From assembly GCA_965661285.1 (NCBI GenBank), contig CBFIDD010000002.1, positions 128,001 to 192,000 on the forward strand: a stretch of DNA of 64,000 nt, read 5' to 3'. This document shows positions 46,402-57,142 of the stretch, piece after piece. The stretch comes from Poseidonia sp. Lineage in GTDB: Archaea > Thermoplasmatota > Poseidoniia > Poseidoniales > Poseidoniaceae. A program made the position numbers and the translations under genes. The notes beneath the pieces were generated by a model, which was not told the DNA's origin, made no database searches, and worked only from the letters and a program-made list of their open reading frames with translations. Numbering within the stretch: position 1 is the first letter of the stretch; each line of letters starts with the position of its first letter.

Positions 46402-49400
46402 TCATCCGAGTTTCTTTCCACCGATGCGGAGTTCTGTTTGAAGCGGCATTTGGTGTTCCCAAGCGAATTCTTTGACGATGCGCCATGCCTTTTCAGAGCC
46501 CTCGTAATCTTTGACATCGATGATTTTGTTTCGAGTGTTGGCTTTGAAAGCGGCCACCGGCTCGGCATTCCGGAACACAAGGTAAGCCGAGCCAAAGCCA
46601 AAGCGTTCCTTCATGATGTCGGTGAAGTACGGAGCGATGGGGTCGGAAGGAGGCAAGACGAAATCACGAATCGCTGGAATGGAGCGGGCCTCCTCAAGCA
46701 GTTTCTTGCGACCCCAACACACTTGGTGGAAGTCCTCAATGAGGAAACCTTTGATCAGCGTTCCATCCTCCTCAAAGGAGTTCAGCACCGCCTTCAGTTC
46801 CTCGGGTTTGAAGGACGGACCTGCCAATTGTGTCATTTGACGCAGCGTGATGACCGGGAATTTTTCAACCAACTTTCGTATGTACTCTTTTCTTAATTCG
46901 GCCCTGTCAACGGCCTCTGGAACGAAAACACTGCGGAAACCACCTCGGAAATCCTGAACGATGTGGCCCGTTCGAATGAGCGGTTGAATCAGTCTCCTAA
47001 ATTCCGACTGCGAAAGCGCATGACGCTCCTTGAACAGGTTGGGGTCCGTGTGATTGCTAAAGAAGTCAACAATGTCCCACAGCTCCTCATCGGCGGGCTG
47101 GTTTCGGATGGCGAGAATTTGTTGGAAGTGTTCGTAGGAAGCCCACACCTGGTGGCCTCTCAAGTTGATGCCCTGATGGAGGCGATGGGCACTGGCCATG
47201 CTCTTCAGGTCAACACGGTAGAGTTCACTGCGGCCACGAAGGGCGAAATCATCGCGGATTTCATCCACCTTCTTGAGCGCCAAAATTTCATTTTCATGAC
47301 GTGTGGACTGGTGAAGATGGTGCTTGTGGAAGAGCGCCCGCTCAGCGATTTCACGGGGTTGCGGGTCAACAACAGCACCCCGAATCATGCGTTCTCCAGT
47401 CATTTTGAAACCAATGCGTTCCAAGGCTTGACGCGATGTCTCGTCGAGGGATGTGATGGGTTCGCTGTTGAAATTTGAGAGAACGGAGACATCGACGAGT
47501 TGGGCAGCGTGATTTTCCAACAGGACTTCGAACGCCTCACAGAACTCATCGAGATAGGCACTGGGCACGTGGAGGTCTTTGATTTCCAAGTAGTCGTTGA
47601 CCTTGAACATCAGGACCTTGCCAATCGGGTCAACGCCCTTGAAGATGGGAAGGTACCAACCTCGGTCCAAGACACTGCGAACTTCCCAGATAAATCGAGA
47701 CACATAGGGGTCGGATTGTGTCAAGATGCGAACGGTTCTGTCCTCACGACGGGGTCGCATCAATTCTTCAACTTCGTCCGGTGCGCAGAAAAACGCCTCG
47801 GGTTCGGGAACAAGCGCCATCACTTTTGCAATTCGCCCGGATGATTCCAGATTCATCAGCGCAATCGTCAACTCTTCAAAACTGCGCGAGACGTAAAAGC
47901 GGAGTGTGCTCGCCTTGACCGGTCCCATACGACGAATCACTTCCTCAAGAGCGTCCTCAAAGGAAAGTTGCGGGTAAACGTCCTGCACACGATGGAAGAG
48001 TGAAAGACGGCGGCGGCGCCCAGGAACTTCCTCGAATTGCTTGACGACGAGCATCTGACGCTCAAGATTGCTGAGTGCATTTTTCAAATCCCGTTGAAGT
48101 GATTTGTGTTCGTCACCTTTTGGATACCCCTGCATGATCTCCTGGCGAGTGACATTCTCTCCAGGTGGAATTTTGCTGAGGATTTCCTCTTCCATTGGCC
48201 CCATCCAAGGCTCGGGTTTCAATCCGAGCAACATGGAGATGTTTCGCTTCGTGGTGTAGCCGATGCGGTTGTGGAGCAAACGACCCATGACGACATCAGA
48301 ATCCAACTGCACATCCGTCCAGTCGCTGAAGGCGAATTGGTCAACTCGGTACAGCAATTCTTGTTGTTTTTGGAAGAGCACGTGCTCGTTGAACGCGGTG
48401 AAACTGTCATCGTACTGCTTGAAGGATTTGTCAAGCACCATGTTCTGAATCCAGCGGTATTCCACCACTTCTTCCTCGCCGCCCGTGAGGCGATGTTCGT
48501 CAATTTTCAGAATGTATTCCGCATCGTTGGTTTGGATGTAAAACCCAACAGAAATGACGTTTCGTCCTTCCAATTCGTGGAGGGTTCGCTCGATGAGCGT
48601 TTGCGGGAAGGGAAGACGGTCAACCATTTCCTCGGATGTTTTCGGCCCTTCTGAGCCCAACATTTCAATGATTTTTACACGCAGTGCTTCCTTAGGATCC
48701 CCGAGAACACATTCTTCCCACGCCAGCGGTTTTGTGCCGTCAAATGCCGTGGCCATTTTGTACGTGAGACCTTTGGTGTGGAGTTCGAGAACGTTCTCGA
48801 TTTCTTTTCCTCCGGCAACGGCGAGGCAACCAAGGGTGCCGTGTATTTCCGCCATGTAGGGTGCGAACCATTTTCCGTCCAGTTCTTCCTGACCCGTGCC
48901 ATCAAGTTTGGTGATTTGGCCGGACTGACACAATTCCTCGACCCATCCTCGAATGGTCTCAAGGGGAATGTCTGCGAGTTTTTCCTTGTAAAGCGGGTTG
49001 TTGAACTCACGGTCAAGCCCGCCGCCGTGGCTCATGAGCCGGAACAATTCCTTTGCGTTGGTGGGTATCGGTGCCTTATCGGCGTAGTATGTGTTCAGCT
49101 GTTCAGAGGATAGCTCGGTCGCAAGGGAACGTGTGCCGAGAAGTCGTTGGAGGATGCTCGGGTCAATGTCCTTGACGAGGAAGGCCCGTGTTTTCATCGA
49201 CATCAAATCTTCAAACGCCGACATGAAGAGCGACATACCCAATCTTGACGGTACAACGACCTTGGTATGGACGATGCGAGCATCACCCAAAACGCAGGCA
49301 TTGAGGAAGTGTTCCAAACCGATGAGGTCAATATCACCGAACATGATCTCGTTCTTTGCTTCCCGCATCAGCAAACTGGCATCCATCGTCCGGTGTTTCT

Positions 49401-51684
49401 GAAGCAGAGCTTCTGCACGCTGTTGGAACTGCTGCGGACTGATCTCTTCTGCACCCATGCGTTTGGGGATGATGAGAGAACGACCGGAGACCTCTCTGAA
49501 TCGCTTGGCAAAGATTTGGGTGTTGATGATGTAGCGCTCGATGACATCCAAGTGATTGTTTTCTCGAAACGCAGCGTACATCTCACCGGGGTTGACTTCT
49601 TGGGATGTTTTGAGCAGGAGGCCGTTTTCATCGAACGACATTTCGATGACGGCGACGTTGTTCGCCTCGGCAAGCCCAGCCATGAAATAACCCAGGGCTT
49701 TGTTGAACCCACGGCCGCGACAAGTGGTGATCATGTACGTCGGGAAGGCCCCACTGATAACTTGTTCGACCAGAATGCGTCGAGAATCGGGCACCTGAAA
49801 CGAATCGAGTGAATGTTCCTCAAGGTGCCGGGCAATGGCGTTGGCAACGTCATTGGACAACCCGTAAACCTCACGCAACAACAGCCTCGGGTCGGTTTCT
49901 CGTCGAAGCGCAACAATGCAGTGGCCGATCAAATCAAGAAGGGCTTGAGACAGTTCTCGGCTGCGGCTACGTGCTTCTCCCGACCACGAAGGGATGGTCG
50001 GACGGTGGCCTGTGACGCTGGTTACGTTGACCCGGGTGCCCTGGATGTTGGTCACCCGATAGGTGGAGCCGCCCAGTAAGATCACGTCGCCGGTGCGAAG
50101 GTTGGAAACGAATGAGCCGGACAATTTTCCGAGGATGGAGCCTTCTGCGTTGAAAACAAGATAGGAATTATCGGGAGCGATGGTCCCGATATTCGTGTAG
50201 TAAATCATTCGAGAATAACCGCGTTTTCCAAAAATATTCTCTTCCCAATCAACCCAAATTCGTCGCTCTTCCTCGAGCATGTCGAGAACTTCGATGAAAT
50301 CATCGTACTCGAAATTCCTGTACGACCACGAATTCACGATGATTTCGAACGCTTCATCAATATCCAACTCGTTGATGATGACCAAACCGATGATGAACTG
50401 GGCGACAACATCCAGACAGTTTTGTGGAAAATCCAACCGGTCCATGTCCCCGGTCTGAATCGCTGCTTGCAAGGCAGCGAGTTCAATGAGGTCGTCCACG
50501 CTCGTCGGCAAGAAGCGGGCGCGTGGTATACCGCCAACGTGGTGGCCAGCACGACCGATGCGCTGCAGGGCCGTGGCGATATCACCTGGGCTACCGACCT
50601 GCAGCACGAGGTCAACCGAACCAATGTCAATACCCATCTCAAGCGAGGAGGACGTGACCACGGCACGCAGATGGCCGTACTTGAGTTTCTTTTCAACATC
50701 CAATCGGATGTTTTTGTCCATTGAACCGTGGTGTCCGGCTACCAAATCGCCAAGGAAGGGTCGGAGTTTTTGCACGATGGTTTCCGTCATTTTTCTTGTG
50801 TTTGCAAACACCAGCGTCGTGGTGTGCGCACTGATGAGGTCAGCGATGGCTTCGATGTTGTATTCGAGGACCTTGACCATCGAGAGGTCGCTGAATTTTG
50901 GATGCGTGATCAGGATGTCCAAATCAAGTTCCCTCGATCCCGAAATTTTTGCAATGGACACCGAAGTTGGCTTGCCTCGTGCTTCTCGGTCATCACTGCT
51001 CACGAGGTACTCGGCCACGGTTTCAAGCGGCTCCATGGTCGCCGAGATGCCAATACGCTGAACGGGGTTCATCAGGAGCGAATCCAGCAAGGAAAGGGTC
51101 AACGAAAGATGTACACCTCGCTTGGTCGAGACCATCGAGTGCAATTCATCGATGATCATGTATTCCACTTCACTCACGATGGGTTGGAAACGAGGCGAGG
51201 TGATGGCGATGGCCAAACTCTCGGGTGTGGTGATCAAAATGTGGGGGGGTTTCCGCAACATCTTCTGTCGGTCAGACTGCGATGTATCGCCGGTGCGAAG
51301 CCCTACCCGAATTTCTTGAGCCCGGTCCGGAAGGTAGTTTTCCGTGATTTCATTGAGCGGTCCGATGAGATTTCGCTGAATGTCATTCGCAAGAGCTTTG
51401 ATGGGCGAGATGTAGATGGCGTGAACTTTCTTCTCGAGTTTATTGTCCAAGGCCAGGCGAACCAACTGGTCAATGACCGTCAAAAAGGCCGTCAGCGTTT
51501 TTCCAGAACCCGTCGGCGAACACAGCAGGAGGTGTTGATGATCCATAATGGCTGGAATGGCGAGTTTTTGCGGGCGAGTAAAATCGGGAAATTTGTCCTT
51601 GAACCACTGACGAACGGGGGGGCACAACCGCTCGTACAGGGCCTCGGATTCCAAAGGAGAATCCAAGTAGACTATCTCTGCCAT
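46402..51684 (-). CDS. lhr: Lhr family SF2 helicase with long C-terminal region
   Basis: PTGSGKT, DELH, SAT, HHGS, LEMGIDIG and QRIGRAGH, followed by about 900 aa beyond the core. Confidence 0.92.
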   Translation of the reverse strand: MAEIVYLDSPLESEALYERLCPPVRQWFKDKFPDFTRPQKLAIPAIMDHQHLLLCSPTGSGKTLTAFLTVIDQLVRLALDNKLEKKVHAIYISPIKALANDIQRNLIGPLNEITENYLPDRAQEIRVGLRTGDTSQSDRQKMLRKPPHILITTPESLAIAITSPRFQPIVSEVEYMIIDELHSMVSTKRGVHLSLTLSLLDSLLMNPVQRIGISATMEPLETVAEYLVSSDDREARGKPTSVSIAKISGSRELDLDILITHPKFSDLSMVKVLEYNIEAIADLISAHTTTLVFANTRKMTETIVQKLRPFLGDLVAGHHGSMDKNIRLDVEKKLKYGHLRAVVTSSSLEMGIDIGSVDLVLQVGSPGDIATALQRIGRAGHHVGGIPRARFLPTSVDDLIELAALQAAIQTGDMDRLDFPQNCLDVVAQFIIGLVIINELDIDEAFEIIVNSWSYRNFEYDDFIEVLDMLEEERRIWVDWEENIFGKRGYSRMIYYTNIGTIAPDNSYLVFNAEGSILGKLSGSFVSNLRTGDVILLGGSTYRVTNIQGTRVNVTSVTGHRPTIPSWSGEARSRSRELSQALLDLIGHCIVALRRETDPRLLLREVYGLSNDVANAIARHLEEHSLDSFQVPDSRRILVEQVISGAFPTYMITTCRGRGFNKALGYFMAGLAEANNVAVIEMSFDENGLLLKTSQEVNPGEMYAAFRENNHLDVIERYIINTQIFAKRFREVSGRSLIIPKRMGAEEISPQQFQQRAEALLQKHRTMDASLLMREAKNEIMFGDIDLIGLEHFLNACVLGDARIVHTKVVVPSRLGMSLFMSAFEDLMSMKTRAFLVKDIDPSILQRLLGTRSLATELSSEQLNTYYADKAPIPTNAKELFRLMSHGGGLDREFNNPLYKEKLADIPLETIRGWVEELCQSGQITKLDGTGQEELDGKWFAPYMAEIHGTLGCLAVAGGKEIENVLELHTKGLTYKMATAFDGTKPLAWEECVLGDPKEALRVKIIEMLGSEGPKTSEEMVDRLPFPQTLIERTLHELEGRNVISVGFYIQTNDAEYILKIDEHRLTGGEEEVVEYRWIQNMVLDKSFKQYDDSFTAFNEHVLFQKQQELLYRVDQFAFSDWTDVQLDSDVVMGRLLHNRIGYTTKRNISMLLGLKPEPWMGPMEEEILSKIPPGENVTRQEIMQGYPKGDEHKSLQRDLKNALSNLERQMLVVKQFEEVPGRRRRLSLFHRVQDVYPQLSFEDALEEVIRRMGPVKASTLRFYVSRSFEELTIALMNLESSGRIAKVMALVPEPEAFFCAPDEVEELMRPRREDRTVRILTQSDPYVSRFIWEVRSVLDRGWYLPIFKGVDPIGKVLMFKVNDYLEIKDLHVPSAYLDEFCEAFEVLLENHAAQLVDVSVLSNFNSEPITSLDETSRQALERIGFKMTGERMIRGAVVDPQPREIAERALFHKHHLHQSTRHENEILALKKVDEIRDDFALRGRSELYRVDLKSMASAHRLHQGINLRGHQVWASYEHFQQILAIRNQPADEELWDIVDFFSNHTDPNLFKERHALSQSEFRRLIQPLIRTGHIVQDFRGGFRSVFVPEAVDRAELRKEYIRKLVEKFPVITLRQMTQLAGPSFKPEELKAVLNSFEEDGTLIKGFLIEDFHQVCWGRKKLLEEARSIPAIRDFVLPPSDPIAPYFTDIMKERFGFGSAYLVFRNAEPVAAFKANTRNKIIDVKDYEGSEKAWRIVKEFAWEHQMPLQTELRIGGKKLG

Positions 51685-51721
51685 TTGTTTTTTCCACCCT
51701 ATTGTGTTGGAGCGGACTGAG

Positions 51722-51733
51722 TATATAAAAAAA
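51722..51733 (-). promoter_or_regulatory. TATA-like element / T-tract upstream of lhr
   Basis: Minus strand reads TTTTTTTATATA about 40 nt before the lhr ATG. It could also terminate the ferredoxin transcript. Confidence 0.4.
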
Positions 51734-51756
51734 GATTGCGATGATTTGAGGAAACA

Positions 51757-52071
51757 TCATGGCCAGCGCGTCGAGCGTTTTTTCCAACGAACAACGGTTT
51801 CTGTGGCCGGTCCATCGGAATGAAAAACGAGGGGGGAAACCGCTGCATTGGGCGGTACTGCGACTTCGTGAAGCGCATCGGTCGGGCATGAACCGATGCA
51901 GGACAGACACCCAACACATCGCTGCTCGAGCACGACCACAGGATGCTTGGCATGTTTTCGCCCTGGCGGGTTGACCTGAAGGGGCAACAAGGCCTCAAAC
52001 GGGCAGTGGAGAATGCACAGGTCACAACCCGTACAATCGTCTTCCACAATCGCCACCATGGCTTGACCCAT
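51757..52071 (-). CDS. 2x[4Fe-4S] ferredoxin
   Basis: CTGCDLCILHCP and CVGCLSCIGSCP. Confidence 0.85.
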   Translation of the reverse strand: MGQAMVAIVEDDCTGCDLCILHCPFEALLPLQVNPPGRKHAKHPVVVLEQRCVGCLSCIGSCPTDALHEVAVPPNAAVSPLVFHSDGPATETVVRWKKRSTRWP

Positions 52072-52189
52072 GAAGCCTGCTCGGTGCAGATGAATATAAT
52101 CCTGTGTCTCAAGAAGAGAACGAGCGGCTTCAGGAGCGTGGTGAAGTTCATAGGTTCGCCACAACAGCCAGCCAACAGAGGCGAGACGA

Positions 52190-53857
52190 ATGGCTGAGCA
52201 GGAACGACTCCAAAGGTTGAGCGAAATGCTCAAACGACGGGGTTTCCTTTTGCCTGCATTCGAAATTCACGGCGGTGCAAAGGGGCTGTATGACTTTGGC
52301 CCGGTTGGTGGACGCATGCGCTCTCGCGTCAATCAGCGATGGTTGGACCACTGGCTTCAACTTGGAAATGTCGTGGAATTGTCCTGTCCAACCGTGACGC
52401 CCTATGCTGTGTTGGAAGCCAGTGGGCACGTCGGTGAGTTTTCTGATTTTATGACACAGTGCCTCAAGTGCGAGGAAGCAAGTCGGGCCGATACACTCCT
52501 CGAAGCGCACCACCCAAATCCCGACGCTTTGAAACGGGACGAACTCCAATCGCTGCTGTTTGACATCAAACCTGCATGCCCGGCGTGTGGCGCTGCAGAA
52601 TGGAGCGACGTTACTGCACAGAATCTCATGTTCAACACCACCATTGGCGCCGGCCCATCTGGCCGACCCGGCTTCCTGCGACCGGAAACGGCGCAGGGTA
52701 TGTTCACCTCGTACAACGCACTGCTTCGGCATTTCAGGGACCGCCTACCCTTTGGGGCCATGCAGGTCGGTAAAGGCTACAGAAACGAAATCGCACCGCG
52801 ACAGGGGATGATTCGACTTCGTGAATTCAACATGGCAGAATTGGAGTATTTCATCGACCCAGAGGCGCCATTAAACGACGATTTGACACCGTGGGACAGC
52901 CACCCGATGGAACTGATCGCTGACGGTCAAGAATCTAAGGAAATGACGCTGATTGAAGCATGTAAGCAAGGACTTATCCGTCATTCAACCGTTGCGAAGT
53001 TCATGGGTATGACATGGGATTTCTTGACCGACATCGGTATTGACCCTCAGCGCTTGCGCTTCCGACAACACGAACAGGATGAGATGGCCCATTATGCCGT
53101 GGACTGCTGGGATGCCGAAATTGAGGGGAGCTACGGTTGGATTGAGTGCGTGGGCATCGCCCATCGAGGCTGCTACGACCTCGAAAGCCACGAAAACGCG
53201 ACGGGAAGAACCCTCAGAGCGCGAAGAGAATTTGATGAACCAAGGACAACCGAAATTGACGGTTGGACCATCGATGGTTCGAAAGCAGGACCGGCTTTCA
53301 AGGCGTTGGCTGGCTTGGTCAAGACCGCCCTCGAAGCCCTACCGAAGGCAACCAAGTTCCCTCTCGACCTTGAACTTTCGAACGGAGAAACCGTACGTGT
53401 GGAAGAAGAGCACGTAAAACCCAATCAAAAGACCATCAAAGAAACCGGTGAATGGTACATCCCACACGTCATTGAACCTGCTTTTGGTATTGACCGAATC
53501 ATTTGGCATGTTATCGATCATGCCTATCACGAAACGGAAAAGAACGGCGAGGCCTACTGCATCATGCAAATCCAACCCAGCGTAGTACCCGTGGACCATG
53601 CCGTTTTCCCGCTGTTTGAAAAGGACGGCATGGACGAACTGGCAGCGGACATCCATCGACGCCTGTGCCGCACACCTGGCGTGGTCTCCATGTACGACGG
53701 AACGGGTTCCATCGGGCGCAGGTACGCTCGTGCTGATGAAATCGGCGTCCCCACGTGTATCACGGTTGACCATCAATCCCTTGAGGACGGGACCGTCACG
53801 GTTCGCCAGCGAGACTCTGGAGAACAAACCCGAGTGAAAATATCAGAATTGGTTTGA
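52190..53857 (+). CDS. glyS: Glycine--tRNA ligase (archaeal/eukaryal type)
   Basis: LRPETAQG, RNEIAPRQG..RLREF, HVIEPAFG and IGRRYARADEIG. Confidence 0.96.
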   Translation: MAEQERLQRLSEMLKRRGFLLPAFEIHGGAKGLYDFGPVGGRMRSRVNQRWLDHWLQLGNVVELSCPTVTPYAVLEASGHVGEFSDFMTQCLKCEEASRADTLLEAHHPNPDALKRDELQSLLFDIKPACPACGAAEWSDVTAQNLMFNTTIGAGPSGRPGFLRPETAQGMFTSYNALLRHFRDRLPFGAMQVGKGYRNEIAPRQGMIRLREFNMAELEYFIDPEAPLNDDLTPWDSHPMELIADGQESKEMTLIEACKQGLIRHSTVAKFMGMTWDFLTDIGIDPQRLRFRQHEQDEMAHYAVDCWDAEIEGSYGWIECVGIAHRGCYDLESHENATGRTLRARREFDEPRTTEIDGWTIDGSKAGPAFKALAGLVKTALEALPKATKFPLDLELSNGETVRVEEEHVKPNQKTIKETGEWYIPHVIEPAFGIDRIIWHVIDHAYHETEKNGEAYCIMQIQPSVVPVDHAVFPLFEKDGMDELAADIHRRLCRTPGVVSMYDGTGSIGRRYARADEIGVPTCITVDHQSLEDGTVTVRQRDSGEQTRVKISELV

Positions 53858-53937
53858 GCGTTTCAACCCGTTCAAGTCATTGAACCCACGCTGCTCTCCA
53901 AGTGAAGGTTGATGAACCCTCCACGGCATCTTCCACC

Positions 53938-55521
53938 ATGGCTCAAGTAAGTGATTGGACCGAGCGGCACCGGCCGAACTCGGAACAGTTGCTTGAGGGG
54001 AACGAAGTTCAACGGCGGAAAATTCGGGCATGGCTCGATGAATGGCAAAACGGTTCGCCCAAAAAGAAGGCCATCTTACTCATCGGGCCTCCCGGTGTTG
54101 GAAAAACGACCGTAGCTCGTGCCATCGCTGAAGACATGGGCTGGAACGTGATCGAACTCAATGCAAGCGATGCACGAAACGCTGCGGCCATTCGAAAAGC
54201 GGCGACCAGCGGCGCCACCCACCGCTCCCTCTTCCACGACCCAACGGCACCGCCCTCACGGACCCTCATTCTGCTGGATGAAGTGGACCACCTCTCTGGA
54301 GGGTTGCGAGAAGTCAGCCAAAGCCGCATTGAAAAAGCCATGAGCGGGGAAGACGAGAGCCCCGGTGCAACCCTCAGAGGTGACTCCGGAGGGAAAGCCG
54401 AATTGCTTCGCCTCCTCGACCAAACCAAGCAACCGGTCATCTTGGCGTGCAACGAAGAGATGGGGTTGTGGGGTCGGAATTCGTCATGGCGCAGCACTCG
54501 AGACCGATTCACAAAGCATCTGTTGAAGATCAATTTCGTTCGAGCCAACGACGAGGCCCTTCGCCGAATTGCCAGACGTGTCTTGCGAGAAGAAGGGATC
54601 GCTTTTGATGAAAAGGCCATCAATGCACTCGCTCAAACCAATCACGGCGATCTGCGAGCGCTTGTCCGAGATTTGCAGGTACTCTCAACCGGGCTGAACG
54701 GGGCAACACTGACAGCCGCCATGGTCCATGCCCACACAGAAGCCAGTCAGCGCGACGTGAATGTGGAGATTTTTCCGGGTCTCGACCGACTCTATAGAGA
54801 GCGAGATAGCGAGGTTGCTGCCAGCCTCATTCGAACCATTGACAAAGAGCCATCAGAGTTTCTTAATTGGGTCCATTGGAACAACGCATCGCTCTTCACG
54901 CACGCACCCAGTATACGCCGAGGCGCTCGTACCTTGCTTCAGGCCGATCGTGCCATGATGGGTCGGTTTCTCAACACGGCTCATCGGTCAACCTACTGGA
55001 CACAACACCTCACAGCACTGGCAGCGTCAACAGCCAATGCCGTCCCGCTCCAAGGTCGAATTTTCCCCTCCTACCCAAATTATCTCAGGCGACGCGGGGC
55101 GACCGGGCGAGGGAGCATCGTGGAAAAGCTCGCTGACCTCTGTGGTACCAATCAAGCAACGACACGTGAGGAGTTTTTGCAACCCCTCTTCGCCTTGATG
55201 CAAGACGACCGCCCGCTCGGTGATTCGACGGATTTTGACATCTCCATCGGCCTAGGGCTCTCGGGCGAAGAGCACCTCTCGCTCGCAGGGTTGGCCAAGA
55301 CCCGGCGTTCCTCCAAGGCCCTCCTCAAATCCTACGATGAGGCAGAGGCAGTCCACAAAGAAGCGGTAGCAGAACACAAAGCGGCGTTGAAAGGCCAAGT
55401 TGTGGCGGAGGTTCAGGCACCCCCACCGATCATCGAACAGCAACCTCCCAACGAGAACGTTGAGTCACCAACCCAGGAGGAGGACGACGGACCTCCACCC
55501 GGTCAGATGAAGTTGTTCTAG
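53938..55521 (+). CDS. rfcL: Replication factor C large subunit
   Basis: WTERHRP, GPPGVGKT, IELNASD, DEVD, GDLR and C-terminal PIP-like QMKLF. Confidence 0.9.
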   Translation: MAQVSDWTERHRPNSEQLLEGNEVQRRKIRAWLDEWQNGSPKKKAILLIGPPGVGKTTVARAIAEDMGWNVIELNASDARNAAAIRKAATSGATHRSLFHDPTAPPSRTLILLDEVDHLSGGLREVSQSRIEKAMSGEDESPGATLRGDSGGKAELLRLLDQTKQPVILACNEEMGLWGRNSSWRSTRDRFTKHLLKINFVRANDEALRRIARRVLREEGIAFDEKAINALAQTNHGDLRALVRDLQVLSTGLNGATLTAAMVHAHTEASQRDVNVEIFPGLDRLYRERDSEVAASLIRTIDKEPSEFLNWVHWNNASLFTHAPSIRRGARTLLQADRAMMGRFLNTAHRSTYWTQHLTALAASTANAVPLQGRIFPSYPNYLRRRGATGRGSIVEKLADLCGTNQATTREEFLQPLFALMQDDRPLGDSTDFDISIGLGLSGEEHLSLAGLAKTRRSSKALLKSYDEAEAVHKEAVAEHKAALKGQVVAEVQAPPPIIEQQPPNENVESPTQEEDDGPPPGQMKLF

Positions 55522-57140
55522 GCGCCATTCTCGTCCTTCTCGAGGATGCGTTTGACCATGGACATGCCTTGGCGCTCACCGTCAGATTTCTCCTCACGCC
55601 GCCAGCTGTGTGGGTGAAGCACGATGATGGCGGTGAGGAGTTCGAGACGACCGAACCACATCAAAATGGACGTGAAGAGAAGCGAGCCCGAGTTCATGCT
55701 GGCCCATGTTTCGGTGGGACCGTAAGCACCCAAGGCAGGACCGGTGTTGCCCAAGCCAGATGCTGCAACGGAGAAAATTGTCTCGAATGAGGCATCGGGC
55801 ATCATCATCGCCAGAACGATGCAAGAGAAGCCGAACAGGATGACCCAAATGAACAGCATACCGACCACAAGGCTCACTTGCTTTTGTTCAACCACTTCGT
55901 TGTTCATGCGAATCATGTGAATTTTCCTTGGTTGAGCAATGCGTCCGAGTTCTCTGAAAGCGACCTTCAGTCCAATACGAATCCGCATCAGCTTCAATCC
56001 ACCACTCGTCGAACCTGCGCACGCTCCAACGATCATCAACAGGAAGAGAATAATCCGAGCAACCCCCGGCCACTGCGCATAGTCTGCAGAAGCGTATCCG
56101 GTTGATGTACCGATGGAAAGCACGTGGAACAAGGTGTCGAGCAAGGCCTCACCCATCGCCATCCCAACGAGGACGAGTGAGAGAGTGATAATGGCGACGG
56201 CGCCGAAAATATAGAACAGGTACGTGCGGAATTCCTCGTCTTGCCAAGCCGAACGAAAATCACCCGAACCCATGAGCCACATGAGTGTAAAATTCACGCC
56301 GGCAAGGAACATGAAGACGATGATGATGAGTTCAACTGTGGCGGAGTCGTAGTAGGCGATGCTGGCGTCCCTGGTCGAGAAACCACCGCTGGGCATGGTG
56401 GTGAAGGCGTGGTTGACCGCATCAAACACGGTCATGCCACCAATAAATTTCAGCGCCAGCATCTCGATGAGGGTCAACACCAGATAGAGGCCCCATAGCG
56501 CCATGGCGGTTTGACGGAGTTTAGGACGAAGCCGAGAAAGGGATGGGCCGGTGAGTTCCGCACGAGCGAGCGCCATACCACCGCCGATGATCCGTGAAAG
56601 GACCAGCATGCCCAACATCACGACCCCCATTCCACCCAACCACTGGGTGAGGGAGCGCCACAGAAGGAGGCCTCGGGGCTGGGCGTTGATACAGTCGGGC
56701 GTCGTGCCGGGAATACAGTTCGGACTCATGTTGTGGGAGAGAACCGTGGCTCCCGAGGTTGTGAAGCCCGACATGGATTCAAACCAGGAGTTGACAAATC
56801 CCCGCAGGATGTCAACCAAGAGGGCATCCTCAACAAATGGACCGATGAAAACACCACCGAACCAATAGGGCAAGGCCCCTATGAACACGGTGAGCGGCCA
56901 AACAAGACCAACCCCCACGAAGGCTTCCAAATCACGAAGGCGTTGTGCGGAGTCCGTACGTGTAAACAACCCGAGCATCGCTGCCCCCAAACCTCCACTG
57001 ATGAACATGGCAGGCAGGAATGCTTGAGCCGCCAATTGCCATCCGTCGAGCCAAAGCGTGATGACTGCGCATACCGCCAGCGGCACGAGAAGCGCCATCA
57101 GGGTCCAGCCCAGGATCAAGTTCAGCACGTCAGAGCGCAT
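55518..57140 (-). CDS. trkH: Trk potassium uptake membrane protein
   Basis: FESMSGFTT, QWLGGMG, GGFS, GSTSGG, GNTGP and GRLE. Confidence 0.93.
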   Translation of the reverse strand: MRSDVLNLILGWTLMALLVPLAVCAVITLWLDGWQLAAQAFLPAMFISGGLGAAMLGLFTRTDSAQRLRDLEAFVGVGLVWPLTVFIGALPYWFGGVFIGPFVEDALLVDILRGFVNSWFESMSGFTTSGATVLSHNMSPNCIPGTTPDCINAQPRGLLLWRSLTQWLGGMGVVMLGMLVLSRIIGGGMALARAELTGPSLSRLRPKLRQTAMALWGLYLVLTLIEMLALKFIGGMTVFDAVNHAFTTMPSGGFSTRDASIAYYDSATVELIIIVFMFLAGVNFTLMWLMGSGDFRSAWQDEEFRTYLFYIFGAVAIITLSLVLVGMAMGEALLDTLFHVLSIGTSTGYASADYAQWPGVARIILFLLMIVGACAGSTSGGLKLMRIRIGLKVAFRELGRIAQPRKIHMIRMNNEVVEQKQVSLVVGMLFIWVILFGFSCIVLAMMMPDASFETIFSVAASGLGNTGPALGAYGPTETWASMNSGSLLFTSILMWFGRLELLTAIIVLHPHSWRREEKSDGERQGMSMVKRILEKDENGA

Positions 57141-57142
57141 GA

